Origin: Octopus bimaculoides
Taxonomy: Eukaryota
NCBI RefSeq assembly: GCF_001194135.2
Contig: NC_068984.1
Span: forward strand, 89,962,564 to 89,998,066
Direction: 5' to 3'
DNA length: 35,503 bases
A program made the position numbers and the translations under genes. Positions 1-10,916 of this stretch are shown piece by piece (position 1 is the stretch's first letter; each line of letters begins with the position of its first letter). Under the pieces are notes generated by a model, which did no database searches, was not told the DNA's origin, and was given only the letters and a program-made list of their open reading frames with translations.

Positions 1-312
1 CTGTTTGTTTTCCTGTCTTGCTTTTTGTCCGCCACGATATTCCTCCATGGCAAGATTTAATTTGTGTATACAAATTTAATTTGCGGTCCATGGGAAGAGT
101 TGTTTTAACGATGCGTCCTGCCTAGCTCTTCGAAACGCCGCTGTTAAAACGGAGGTAGCTGATGAAGTAGAATGTTCTCTATGTTTTCTCGTCTCTGTTT
201 TGTTTGCAATGTCCTGTACCCAGATATGCACCTATACATACAGGTGGATGTCGGTATGCACATACCTGTACGTATATATGCATATACTCATTTACTATTT
301 GTTTATATATAT

Positions 313-670
313 ATCCAAGATTTAAGGAATCGAAAAGATAAAATCCGGACTAGATATATTTCATAGCGAGCGACACCGCAGAAGTGGTAAATATCCAAGC
401 GAAGTGTATGCCGCAGGCTACTTTTCAGGCCAAGGTTACTTTGATGAAATGAAGTTTACATTGTCGTTAGGAGGCCCATGTTAACTCACAGAGGATTCTA
501 ATTGAATCCTCCGCGTGTTAACATGGGCCCGAAGGGTAGCTTGCGGTGTAAACCTCGCTTGGATATTTAACATTTCCGAGCTTCTACTCGTTATGAATCA
601 TATGTAGCCTGGATTTTATCAACTCCATTCCTTAAATCTTGGATTTTTATTCTCATACCTGGCAACCCTG
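313..670. mobile_element. Fold-back (MITE-like) element forming a ~330-bp imperfect hairpin
   Basis: ATCCAAGATTTAAGGAAT (313-330) is the exact reverse complement of 627-644. Inner pairs include GGCCCATGTTAAC 473-485/517-529 and GAGGATTC 491-498/504-511 around a 5-nt loop. The left arm has a ~50-bp insertion. The right arm continues to CCTGGCAACCCTG (670), a TIR-like end that is absent on the left. Confidence 0.75.
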
Positions 671-711
671 GTTGCCTACCATGAAATATAAAATAACTTT
701 TTTCAGCTTAC

Positions 712-768
712 CGTACTTGGATAAGGAAACAATCCACAACCTTCTGCTCCAATAAACCACTATTGTTC
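712..768 (-). other. Candidate isolated 57-bp exon (unverified)
   Basis: On the minus strand TTTCAG|...|GTAAGC brackets 57 nt, open in two frames (NNSGLLEQKVVDCFLIQV or TIVVYWSRRLWIVSLSKY). No protein was recognised and the polypyrimidine tract is weak. Confidence 0.2.
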
Positions 769-863
769 CTGAAAGTTATTCTTTTATATTTTCTACGGAT
801 TGCATGAAGCTCACATTCTTGGTAAACCTCGATCTTTGGATCTTACATCTATGTGTGTATGTA

Positions 864-918
864 AATATATATATATATTATATATATATATATATATATA
901 CATAATACATATATATAC
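864..918. repeat. (TA)n microsatellite
   Basis: Direct reading of the sequence. Confidence 0.95.
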
Positions 919-924
919 ACGGCA

Positions 925-1630
925 ATAAGAAAATGGAGGGGATGAAGAGGTGGTATTCATCAACTTTTAGACATTATATTATGTCTATTTATTTATTAAC
1001 AAAAACAATTATAACAATATACATACATGCTTTACATATATAATATATAAAATATAAAAATACTAATAATAATTAAAATATATAACTTAGAACATAGAAA
1101 GTAGAATAGTTTCTTACAGTTGTTTCAGCTAGAGATGGGAACGATTATTTCCCCTCGCAAATACTAATTGGACAAGACAGTGTGTCGTTAGCCAGCTGGA
1201 GGAGATGTCCTTCTGAGGATAAAAACAACAGTAGCATCGTCCTCTATGGAACCGCTACATTTAGTTGGCAATTATATTTTACGATTCCGTACTACTACTG
1301 TTTACTTCTCGCTCAAAGATTTAACGTTGCTTAGTATTTAAGCTTTAGATTTAATGACTCAAAAATCAGGGAACATTTCCTATGTATTTTAAACGGAAAC
1401 TTTGAATTTGAAAGGAGAAGCTACTGCCTGACGCGATCCTTCTGATTCTTATATAATAAGTCTTTCTTATTAAAGTTTCGGAAACTTCATTAACTTTCCT
1501 TCGGAACATTCCATGAATTCGTCTAATCCACATTATTAACATCGTGTGAAAATGATAATATTTATATAAAGAGTTTTGAATGGTACAACAATGCACTATA
1601 TATCATTGTTTGTATTATAGTGCATTGAAA
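925..1630 (-). mobile_element. Possible degenerate Penelope-like 3' end/pLTR fragment
   Basis: Shares motifs with the arms at 32652-33139 (AGAAAATGGAG, TATTTATTAA, TTACAG[C/T]TGTTTC). The minus-strand translation of ~1317-1403 (KFPFKIHRKCSLIFESLNLKLKY*ATLNL) loosely resembles a GIY-YIG C-terminus. 1572-1600 is identical to 27112-27140 at the 5' junction of the Penelope fragment. Confidence 0.35.
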
Positions 1631-2496
1631 ATATTAATATTAAAATCTTAATTACTTAATGCGTAAGTTATTTATGTTGTTAAATGCAAGACTGAAATTC
1701 TTCGTATATTACTGCCGTTTACTTATATATGCATATATCAATTATATGTGTATTTGTTTGTCGTAAAAATTATATTCTTTGAATTTAGTTCTGTAAAATT
1801 TGTTTTGAATCAAACTGTAGTATGATACGTAAAACTGTCGCTATCTCTGAGAGGTAATACAAAACACTAACATTCTCTTTCAAAAATAACGTACTTACAT
1901 ATCTGATATTAATTTTCTTTGAAATTCCATCTTTGGCTTCGCCTTTCTTCTTGGAATCTATTTAATCTACGTTTCCTTCCTACAAACGTAGAATTTCTTA
2001 ATTATTTAGAAAATAAATAATTATGTTTTGCTTCATTATAGAAAATCATTTCTTAAGAAATTAGTTTGTCTAATTTCATTAATAGGAAACTTGTCTGCGA
2101 AAAATTAGTGAAAAATTTTTCGAGTTATCTACTGTATATAGAGAAACAGAGTTTCATAGTAATAATCAATTAAAAGACAATCTCAGAGGGTTCACTGTTG
2201 GTTTTATATTTTGTCCCAGTAAAAACAAAACTGAATTTCAATAAATACATGAATTATTTCATGACAGCAACATCTTGTCCGATTATTGGAAATTGGACAA
2301 AATATTTGAATATATAGCACTAAATGATTCTTTGAATGACGTATGCCTCTGATGTTCGATATTTTACGAAGCAGGCGCCTACTGGAACCAAAGAGTTTTA
2401 AAATAAAGCTTATCAGTTGACAACGGACTATTTAATTGTATTTTAGAGACAATGAATAAATTTCGCGGCATTTCGAAACATATTAAAGTTATCTTT

Positions 2497-2745
<249 letters not shown>

Positions 2746-2949
2746 TGTATATATTTTTGAATACACACATACAAGACTGAATCCTCTTTTATCAGGTTGA
2801 GTAAAAAGTAAGCAACGTTTTGAACCAGGAAGAATTTGTACAGGATTTTTGCAGAGATTTGAATTTCTTTAAAACATTTTTTTTTGCAATTGTCAGATAA
2901 TACAGATGTACACTTGCCCAAATGCATCAATAAATTAACATTGATATTT

Positions 2950-5295
2950 TTTTCACCGCTGTTATAATCATCTCTCTCGACTTGTTCGTGGATGTTTGTT
3001 AGACGTAAGTTGTAATATTTGTGTTTAATTGTTGAATTATTACTGTTGATTTATTACGTTGTTGAACTTTTGCTGAATGCTTTTTAAAAACACCTATTTT
3101 TCTTCCCTTGTGTGAAGGGGGAAAATATTGTTGTATTTTTCAAAAAAAAAAAAAAATGGAGAATCGCCTATTAAAACCAAGACCAGTAGTGAACCTGATA
3201 CAAGTGAAGATATCAGAAGGAGAGAAAGCAGCACAATTTTAATTAGCATGCCGACAGGAGAAGAGTTTATGCAAGGAAGAAAAGCTAACAATTTTGCAGT
3301 AACAGCCGGTGTCTCAAAAAAGACAATAAATTGTGGAAGCGATGAGCTCGGAAAATACAAAGGTATGATGAAAAGCGAGGGCAGCGAAACAGTGATTACC
3401 CCTCCCAGTGAAATGACGCCGAATGCACTGCGGTGCACCGTGATATATAAATCATTTGTGACCAAAGTAAAAAAACTGGATAACACAAGAGGCGGTGGAG
3501 CTGTGCCTCTGTCCAGTTTGGACCAACGTGACATACATCACAAGAGGAGTGAAGTATACCACAATAGAGGTCCGTTTTAAAACCGAGGAAAAGGCAAAAC
3601 AAGCATCAACAGAGTCATTAAAAACTGCAGTAGTGACTTGTTAGATGTCACTACTGCATCGACTAAACGACATACGAAATGCGGCCAACGTAACCAAAGA
3701 CAATAAGGGAAAAAACATCCTTCAAAACATTGCTATTTATGAAATAGACAGAGCCAATTATATCGATTTAAAAATGACATAAGCCCTTTGGGGGAAGACT
3801 TTTCCCCTCAAATGTTTGAAGGCCTAGTCAACGACACCACGCAAGCCCCGGACGAAAAACAAAAGGAATGAGATGGACGTACCACCCCATCTCAAACTGT
3901 AAGTATAACCATTATGGATATTCTTAATGTTGGGTGTTTGAATGTACGCGGCCGGGGTCAGAGTGGAAACAAGATCATTTCCTTAATTAATTCAGGTTGC
4001 ATAGAATGGATATTACAGTTACCATAGAGTCCCGGCTGAGTAGTCAAAGAGACTTTCTCCCACTCCTAAATGGCTACGAGAAAATTATTTCTCCATGTCT
4101 AACTGGTGGAGGTAGAGGCGTTCCTGTACTGCTCAGGAAAAAGCTGGATTTAGAGACAAGAACTATCTTCATCGACCTGGAAGGTAGGCTGGTCGTTCTT
4201 GACGTGACACTAAACAGTGGTAAGGTCTTCAGGCTGGTAGCTGTCTATGCTCCCTCGGGAACTGAGTAGTCTGATTTTTTTCGAGGCATGGAGAAGTTTC
4301 TTGGAACGTCTCACACCATAGTAATGTTAAGTGACTTTAACGTAATCTGCCGATGCACGCGTAGATTACATTGGCTCGTCTACTGATAGGAGGGGAAACC
4401 CGTGCTTCAATAATCTGCTCAGTGGATTTCAGCAAGCAGATAGGTACAGACTAGATGTCCCAGATGCTCTATTGTGGACATGGACTAATAGCGATGGGTC
4501 ATCTAGGTCTTACTTAGATGACTCTATTAGGGAAATAGACAAAAGCCTAGTTAGTCGTCTACAATTTCATTATCTCAGCTACAGTGATCACAAAGCTGAA
4601 CTTAGATAAGTTAGGTAGACAGGGATCCGGCTACTGGAAACTCAATAAGTTACTTTGGGCTCATGAAGAGTACAGGAATTGGATTAGACAGTTAGTAATG
4701 AGGGCATTGTGTGGTGTCATTATTAACAACAAATGGTGGTATGCCCTCAAAAGAGCCATAGGTATAGCAAATAGAGTAGAAAGAGCTTTAGTTAGGGCTC
4801 TAGACGAAGCACTGGAATCTGGCTCCGCACCCCGAGTTTTAGCTACGAGAAAGGCGCTTAACCATTACCTCGATGCCAAAAGCTAAGGGTGCGTAGTCAG
4901 GGCTAAGCAACGTGGAATGGGACGGGAAGGAATCAAAGCCGCAGGATGGTACCGTGTGATAGAGACCCAACGTGGAAATAATGGCACTATAAGGTCTTTG
5001 ATAAATAATCAAGGGAACTTGGTAAACGAACCCGAGGAGATGTGTAAGGTCTTTCAGGAGCATTTCGCTCTGCTTTTCGGGAGGGGTAGACCTCACGGAC
5101 GCCCTCGCTGGCGTGCTGCTTCTCTCGGGGTGGGAAGCGGAGTGCTGTGAGGGGCCGATCACAGCTGCGGATGTGCAAGAGGTTTTGTCGGACTGCGGCG
5201 GGGACAAGTCGCCGGGACTAGATGGTCTCCCCTACGAGCTTTTTAACAGTATACCAGACTTGTTCGGTCACCTACTAGCATGCGTCTTCACCAAC
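2950..5295 (+). mobile_element. Decayed Tx1-like (L1-clade) non-LTR retrotransposon, copy 1: ORF1 remnants, APE endonuclease and RT N-terminus, running into an N gap
   Basis: ORF1 remnant PVWTNVTYITRGVKYTTIEVRFKTEEKAK (~3510-3600) and a broken CHYC knuckle (3646). ORF2 starts at 3914 (MDILNVGCLNVRG) with APE motifs GRLVVLDV, LVAVYAP, SDFN, SDHK, then GSGYWKLN and RT-proximal KSPGLDGLPYE. Many stops and frameshifts. The 5' boundary is approximate. Confidence 0.9.
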
Positions 5296-5826
5296 NNNNN
5301 NNNNNNNNNNNNNNNNNNNNNNNNNNNNNNNNNNNNNNNNNNNNNNNNNNNNNNNNNNNNNNNNNNNNNNNNNNNNNNNNNNNNNNNNNNNNNNNNNNNN
5401 NNNNNNNNNNNNNNNNNNNNNNNNNNNNNNNNNNNNNNNNNNNNNNNNNNNNNNNNNNNNNNNNNNNNNNNNNNNNNNNNNNNNNNNNNNNNNNNNNNNN
5501 NNNNNNNNNNNNNNNNNNNNNNNNNNNNNNNNNNNNNNNNNNNNNNNNNNNNNNNNNNNNNNNNNNNNNNNNNNNNNNNNNNNNNNNNNNNNNNNNNNNN
5601 NNNNNNNNNNNNNNNNNNNNNNNNNNNNNNNNNNNNNNNNNNNNNNNNNNNNNNNNNNNNNNNNNNNNNNNNNNNNNNNNNNNNNNNNNNNNNNNNNNNN
5701 NNNNNNNNNNNNNNNNNNNNNNNNNNNNNNNNNNNNNNNNNNNNNNNNNNNNNNNNNNNNNNNNNNNNNNNNNNNNNNNNNNNNNNNNNNNNNNNNNNNN
5801 NNNNNNNNNNNNNNNNNNNNNNNNNN

Positions 5827-6763
5827 AACGAAACATTTGGCGAGAAAATGACCAGTGAGTGGTCAGCTCGAAAATGGCTGAAACGATTTCGCAGAGGAGA
5901 CCTGAGCCTTGAAGATCGTGAGCGTAGTGGACGCTCATCTGTCATCGATGACGGTCAATTAAAGACCGTCATTGAGAAAGATCCACGTAAAACCACACGC
6001 GAACTGGCAAAAGAACTTCAAGTTAACTAGAAAACTGCCTGCAACCATTTGCATGCGATGGGAAAATCAAAACAGCTCGACAAATGGGTACCACACGATT
6101 TGAATGAAAATCAGAAAGTGCGCAGATATAAAATTTGCGATGAAAAGTGGGTTCTGTACAATAATAAAAAAAAACACTCTTCGCAGTGGCTGGACCAAAA
6201 TGAAGCACCGAAAGCCTTCCCTAAACCTGAGCTCTTCAAGAAGAAGGTTATGGTGACTGTTTAGTGATGTACTGCTGGACTTATCCACTATAACTTCATA
6301 AATCCCAGAAAAACCATTACTGTAGAAACATATTGCCATGAAATTGCCAAAATGAACAAAAACCTGCTCTTCTCTGCCCCAGACTGGTCAACAGAAGAGA
6401 GCCAATCATTCTTCATGACAATGCTCGACCACACGTTTCCCTAGTGACGCTCCAGGAGTTGAAGGAATTTTGCTACGAAGTTCTTCCCCACCCAGCTTAT
6501 TCCCCAGACCTTTCTCCTACTAGCTACCACTTTTTCAAGCACCTTGATGGTTTCCTGAGAGAGAAGGAGTTAAAAAATGAAACCGATGCTGAAAGTACGT
6601 TCAAAGAGTTCATCAGCTCCAGAACTCCAGATTTTTATGTTACCGGAATAAACAAACTTGTAACACTTTGGCAAAAATGTATCGATTATAATGGTACTTA
6701 ATTGTTGAAATATATTGTGATGAATTTCATATTTCCAAATGTTACTTTTTACTCTGCCTGATA
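5827..6763 (+). mobile_element. Mariner (D,D34D) transposase fossil
   Basis: HTH region (RKWLKRFRRGDLSLEDRERSGR), WVPHDL, DEKW, HDNARPH and HPAYSPDLSPTSYHFF motifs. Internal deletion before DEKW, stops and a frameshift; third catalytic Asp reads Ser. Degenerate TIR-like TTACTTTTTACTCTGCCTGATA ends at 6763. The 5' end is lost in the gap. Confidence 0.93.
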
Positions 6764-7199
6764 ACTTCGGAAAATATATCAACAATTTCACTTAATATTC
6801 TGGAATTAGTATGCAGATATCTATTATCAAAATTATTTATATCCTTTACATAATATTCAAACATAGAAATATAGAGTAAAATAAAAAATACTTCAAAGGA
6901 AGTAGTGTTTATTACTTTTATTTTTTAAGTTGCTATTGTAATAATACCAAATCACAATAAAAATATCCGAATAGATATAGCATAGATCTAGTTTGAATAT
7001 GTATGGTAGGCACTAATATAAAGTTGGTTGGCTGTAAATTCGATTTGATTTGACCAATTATAGATGACAGCATGTAAAGCTGCTTAAGACGAAGACATCG
7101 ACGGATAAATCTAAGCATTCGTTTAGTCAGCTACTTAATTTTTTATCTATTCAAGTATATATAATTTTCTCTTTCCTTTTTTACACGCATACACGTTCA

Positions 7200-7347
7200 T
7201 AGCTCTGGTGTGACTGTGCGGTTAAAGAGATTGCTTCCAAACCACGTGGTCTTTGGTTCTATCAAACTGCGTAGCGTCTTGAGCAATTGTCATATAATAT
7301 GACTCGTGGCCAACTAAATCTTGTAAGTGGATTTGGTAGACGGACGC
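7200..7347 (+). mobile_element. Degenerate 5' head of tRNA-derived SINE family 1
   Basis: Aligns by eye with 24722-24890 (GGTGTGACTGTGCGG...CCACGTGGT...TTGTAAGTGGATTTGGTAGACGG); truncated at a junction with the R4-like fragment. Confidence 0.7.
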
Positions 7348-7505
7348 CTAATTTCTCAAGATTGGTATTTAGGCAGTGTGTTACATATCCCAGGGCCCCA
7401 ATAATTACAGGTATAAACTTGAACTTGTAATTTGGATAGAAGAACTGTAGATTTCCCAATAGTTCAGCGTAGGTATTCTCTTTTTCGCTGATCTTCAGTT
7501 TAATG
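7348..7505 (-). mobile_element. R4/Dong-like (restriction-like endonuclease) LINE C-terminal fragment
   Basis: Translation KISEKENTYAELLGNLQFFYPNYKFKFIPVIIGALGYVTHCLNTNLEKLG matches the K..KY..L...PVIIGALG pattern that follows the RLE domain. Confidence 0.7.
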
Positions 7506-7522
7506 TGTGTATGTATGTATGC

Positions 7523-7869
7523 CATTGTTCAGTTCACTATTTCTTACCAATAGAGTAAGAGTCAGTTTCTAATCTAGATCCAAGCTTCCTTCATTGGAAT
7601 TTCAACACTAACAACAGGGTATTTTTGTTTGTATGTATGTATGTATGTATGTATGTATGTATGTATGTATGTGTGCAGATTTGTATGTTTTGCTTTATGT
7701 ATGTACTCTCATGCATATTGTTGCATGTCTAGACATGCTCATATACATCCAAGTGCTAAACTTCTGGAAAGTTTTACAAAAGTTTTACAGTTCCAGATTG
7801 GATCTGCAGTTTTCGATTTTTTCAAGATTGGTATTTAGGCAGTGTGTTACATTCCTCAGGGCCCCAATA
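7523..7869 (-). mobile_element. Second R4/Dong-like 3' end (ORF tail plus 3' UTR) bounded by (CATA)n on both sides
   Basis: 7822-7869 repeats 7356-7403 (IGAL.NVTHCLNTNLEK). It continues into a LQIQSGTVK-like terminal motif, then non-coding sequence ending ...GAACTGAACAATGG(CATA)n. Confidence 0.62.
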
Positions 7870-7870
7870 T

Positions 7871-7963
7871 ATGTGTATGCATGTATGTATGCATGTATGT
7901 ATGTATGTATGTATGTATGTATGTATGTATGTGTATGTATGTATGTATGTATGTATGTATGTA
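7871..7963. repeat. (TATG)n microsatellite; further tracts at 7508-7522 and 7631-7672
   Basis: Direct reading. Confidence 0.95.
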
Positions 7964-8262
7964 TCTGTGAGTGCGTATCTCACAGTGTGTGTGTGTAGAA
8001 AGAAGTTATTGTCTCTAGGTGAAATTCCTTCTTTCAACGCATGACTGAGCAATAGCCTTACTTTGACCACTTGCAGTGGAAGGCACACACACACACATTG
8101 CTACTTCTAAACTTAATTATTTCAGTGAGGCATTGAAAAATGGTCTTATTTACGAAACAAGGAGTTCCAAAATTTAAATTTTGAATTTAGTTTTAATTAT
8201 AAAATTACATCTCTCGACAGCTAAAAGCAACATTGTTTCGGTTTTAGAATTATTGCATATAT

Positions 8263-8664
8263 CTCTTTACTCTTTTATTTGTTTCAGTTATCCGACTGCG
8301 GCCATGCTGGAGCACCGCCTTTAGTCGAACAAGTCGATCCCAGGACTTATTCTTTGTAATCCTACTACTTATTCTATCGGTTTCTTTTGCCGAACCGCTA
8401 AGTTACGGGGACGTGAACACNNNNNNNNNNNNNNNNNNNNNNNNNNNNNNNNNNNNNNNNNNNNNNNNNNNNNNNNNNNNNNNNNNNNNNNNNNNNNNNN
8501 NNNNNNNNNNNNNNNNNNNNNNNNNNNNNNNNNNNNNNNNNNNNNNNNNNNNNNNNNNNNNNNNNNNNNNNNNNNNNNNNNNNNNNNNNNNNNNNNNNNN
8601 NNNNNNNNNNNNNNNNNNNNNNNNNNNNCTATGATAGTGTCCAAGGTGCCACGCAGTGGAACTC
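8263..8664 (-). mobile_element. tRNA-derived SINE family 1 spanning the gap 8421-8628
   Basis: 8263-8420 is the reverse complement of the family tail (cf. 26420-26645). 8629-8664 is the reverse complement of the head (CCACTGCGTGGCACCTTGG). Confidence 0.85.
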
Positions 8665-9554
8665 ATTAAATTTAACCTTTTTTATGTATATTTTTCGTCA
8701 TTCTGTAAAACACTTGAAATTACTATAGGAAAGTGGGACAAAATTGATAACTGGAGCAAAATGAGTAATTTCCGATTTCTTGTTATTTTTCCCTATCTGT
8801 TTAAAACCACTACATTACAAGTATTACACCCCGTTTTGTACTGTTACATCAACATTTGGGAATAAAAATTGATACAGACAAAGTAAACTAATAGGTACAA
8901 CGGTGTACGCCTGACTTTTTTTTTTTTTTTAGCGAATTCGAGTTTTGGGTTCAAGGATGGAATAAATGTATCGCTTGCGTTTGGTGACTGTAGTGAGTAG
9001 CACCTCTCTATAGAAGAAGAATTACTTTATCAACATCATTAAAGGCCTAGGTCGCTCAGCTCTCAATACAGCTACAGATTTGAGGCGTAGAGCATTGCTG
9101 CAAACAGTAAACACACTGTAAATTTAAAGCAGTTTCATTAGCTTGCATTCACAAACACTGTTCGGTCTCTGAAAATATAAAGTATTCAAAAATTCTGTGT
9201 TATTTCACTAAACTTTTTCAATGTGTTTCATAATAACACAAGTCCTTGAGAAATATTAACTCAAGATTTAAAGAAGTCTGTTTTGTTCATGACTTTAATA
9301 TATTCACAGAAGTTTGAATGAAATAAGTATTGAAGCAACGGAAATAATAAATTCAATTGAAATAGCAGAGAAGGTGTTGAAACGAGTTAAGGAAAGAAAA
9401 TATTTGAGAAGAGCAATAAAAGGGAGATTTGCGATCAAAGAAAACAAATAAAACTGTGTATATTCAGCAGCTTTGTCAAAATTTGATTTTGGAAATATTA
9501 AAAGATTACAATCACAGCAAAAATGTGGTGTTCAAAGAGCACAAATAATTTCAG

Positions 9555-9930
9555 TTGCAATTTATAGTTGCAATTCTTTCGACGTGAGGACCGGGCAGTA
9601 AGAAATAATCATGGCCTTTGAAATGAAACGTTGTAAAGAGAAGGTTTGCATTCCATATACAGATCATCGAATTTACGAAAATGAATTACAGGGAAGACTG
9701 CAAACACGAAAATCATCCACCTATCACTTATATTAAAAGATAAATGAAGTGATTTGGTCGTGTCAACATGACAACTTACCACAAATGAATAATGTACGCA
9801 AACTCAACAATAAAAGAGGCATACCGTAACCACAAAGAGTGTAGTTGAAGAACATGAAGGAATTGATAGGAAGGAACATTGTGGAGAACTTGTGACTGGC
9901 TGATGATTAGAAAAGATGGAGAAAGATAGG
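9555..9930 (+). mobile_element. Old RTE-clade LINE 3' fragment
   Basis: Degenerate motifs in order: AIYSC.., IMAFEMKRC, IPYTDH, R*MK*FGRV (RQLKWFGHV-like), KRG.P, LADD*KRWR. Confidence 0.6.
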
Positions 9931-10600
9931 TATACCCCTTATTGTGCACGTACAGACTACTTAGGCTATGAATTTGACTGACTGAAAGTATTTTTTAAAA
10001 AAGCTGTCTCATAAAAAAATATATGAATGTTTGTAATCGAACTGTAAAACAAAATCGAATTGCTTCCAGCTTGATCAGAAGTATTCATTTAAAAGTGAGA
10101 TATAGTCAATTTAATAAACAATAGTATATTCTTGGTAATCATTGTATCGACATCATAACGAAAAAAGCACGTTTGACCGAAACTATATTTCAATTTAGAA
10201 TTTAGCGATAAGAAACAATATAGTCTACGATGTATACTTTGAGGCTCTACCATTTCTAACAGTTCATCTCTCACTGTTCAAAACAAACAAAATCTAACAG
10301 TTTCAATTTTCATTTTCAATGAGTTTCGGGCTATTTAATAATAATAATTTTAAAAAATAGCAAATAGCTTTTCAGTGATACTTCAGACCAATTAAGAAAG
10401 GCTGAAAAGATCGATGAAATTAATATAGCTTTAACATTCAATGAAACAAATTTCTTTTCTTTTCCGCAATACATTTTTCAATACTTCCAGAAGCGTTGTA
10501 GAAAATAGAATAACAGTGCAACATTGAATAGGACAATCTCCCTGAAAGTATTCATTAATATAGTGGAAAAATAATAAAATCAGGTTTCTCTATGTAACAC

Positions 10601-10644
10601 TGTATGTATGTATGTATGTATGTATGCATGTATGTATGTATATA

Positions 10645-10675
<31 letters not shown>
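10601..10675. repeat. (TGTA)n microsatellite
   Basis: Direct reading. Confidence 0.93.
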
Positions 10676-10916
10676 TCGTTGCATTAATGTTAATTTCGCG
10701 TATGTCATAATTTGGCCAAATGAGTTTTTTTCAATATTTATTTTTGCTTCTATTAGCCGGTTCTTTTGGTCAAACTATCGTATCTACCTGCTGTTTCACA
10801 AGCTAAGATATCAAAACTACACTTTGTTTTCCTATGGAATAGTGAAACTATTTTTTCGCTTCCTGAAAAAGCAACGTTTTGGTCTTACGACACTTTTGCA
10901 CACTAGCAACGATATA

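Noticed and set aside
1-215. Possible LINE ORF1 fragment on the minus strand
   Set aside because: Mostly open and compositionally similar to the Tx1 ORF1 remnants, but no recognisable motif and cut by the window edge.
1105-1260. Third hammerhead (minus-strand GAAACAACTGTA at ~1117-1128; CTGAGGA at ~1214 on plus)
   Set aside because: The two half-cores are on opposite strands and I found no matching partner with pairable stems.
5113-6030. 305-aa ORF apparently fusing LINE RT to a mariner HTH, and other X-filled ORFs
   Set aside because: The frame is open only because N runs contain no stops; the two sides are unrelated elements.
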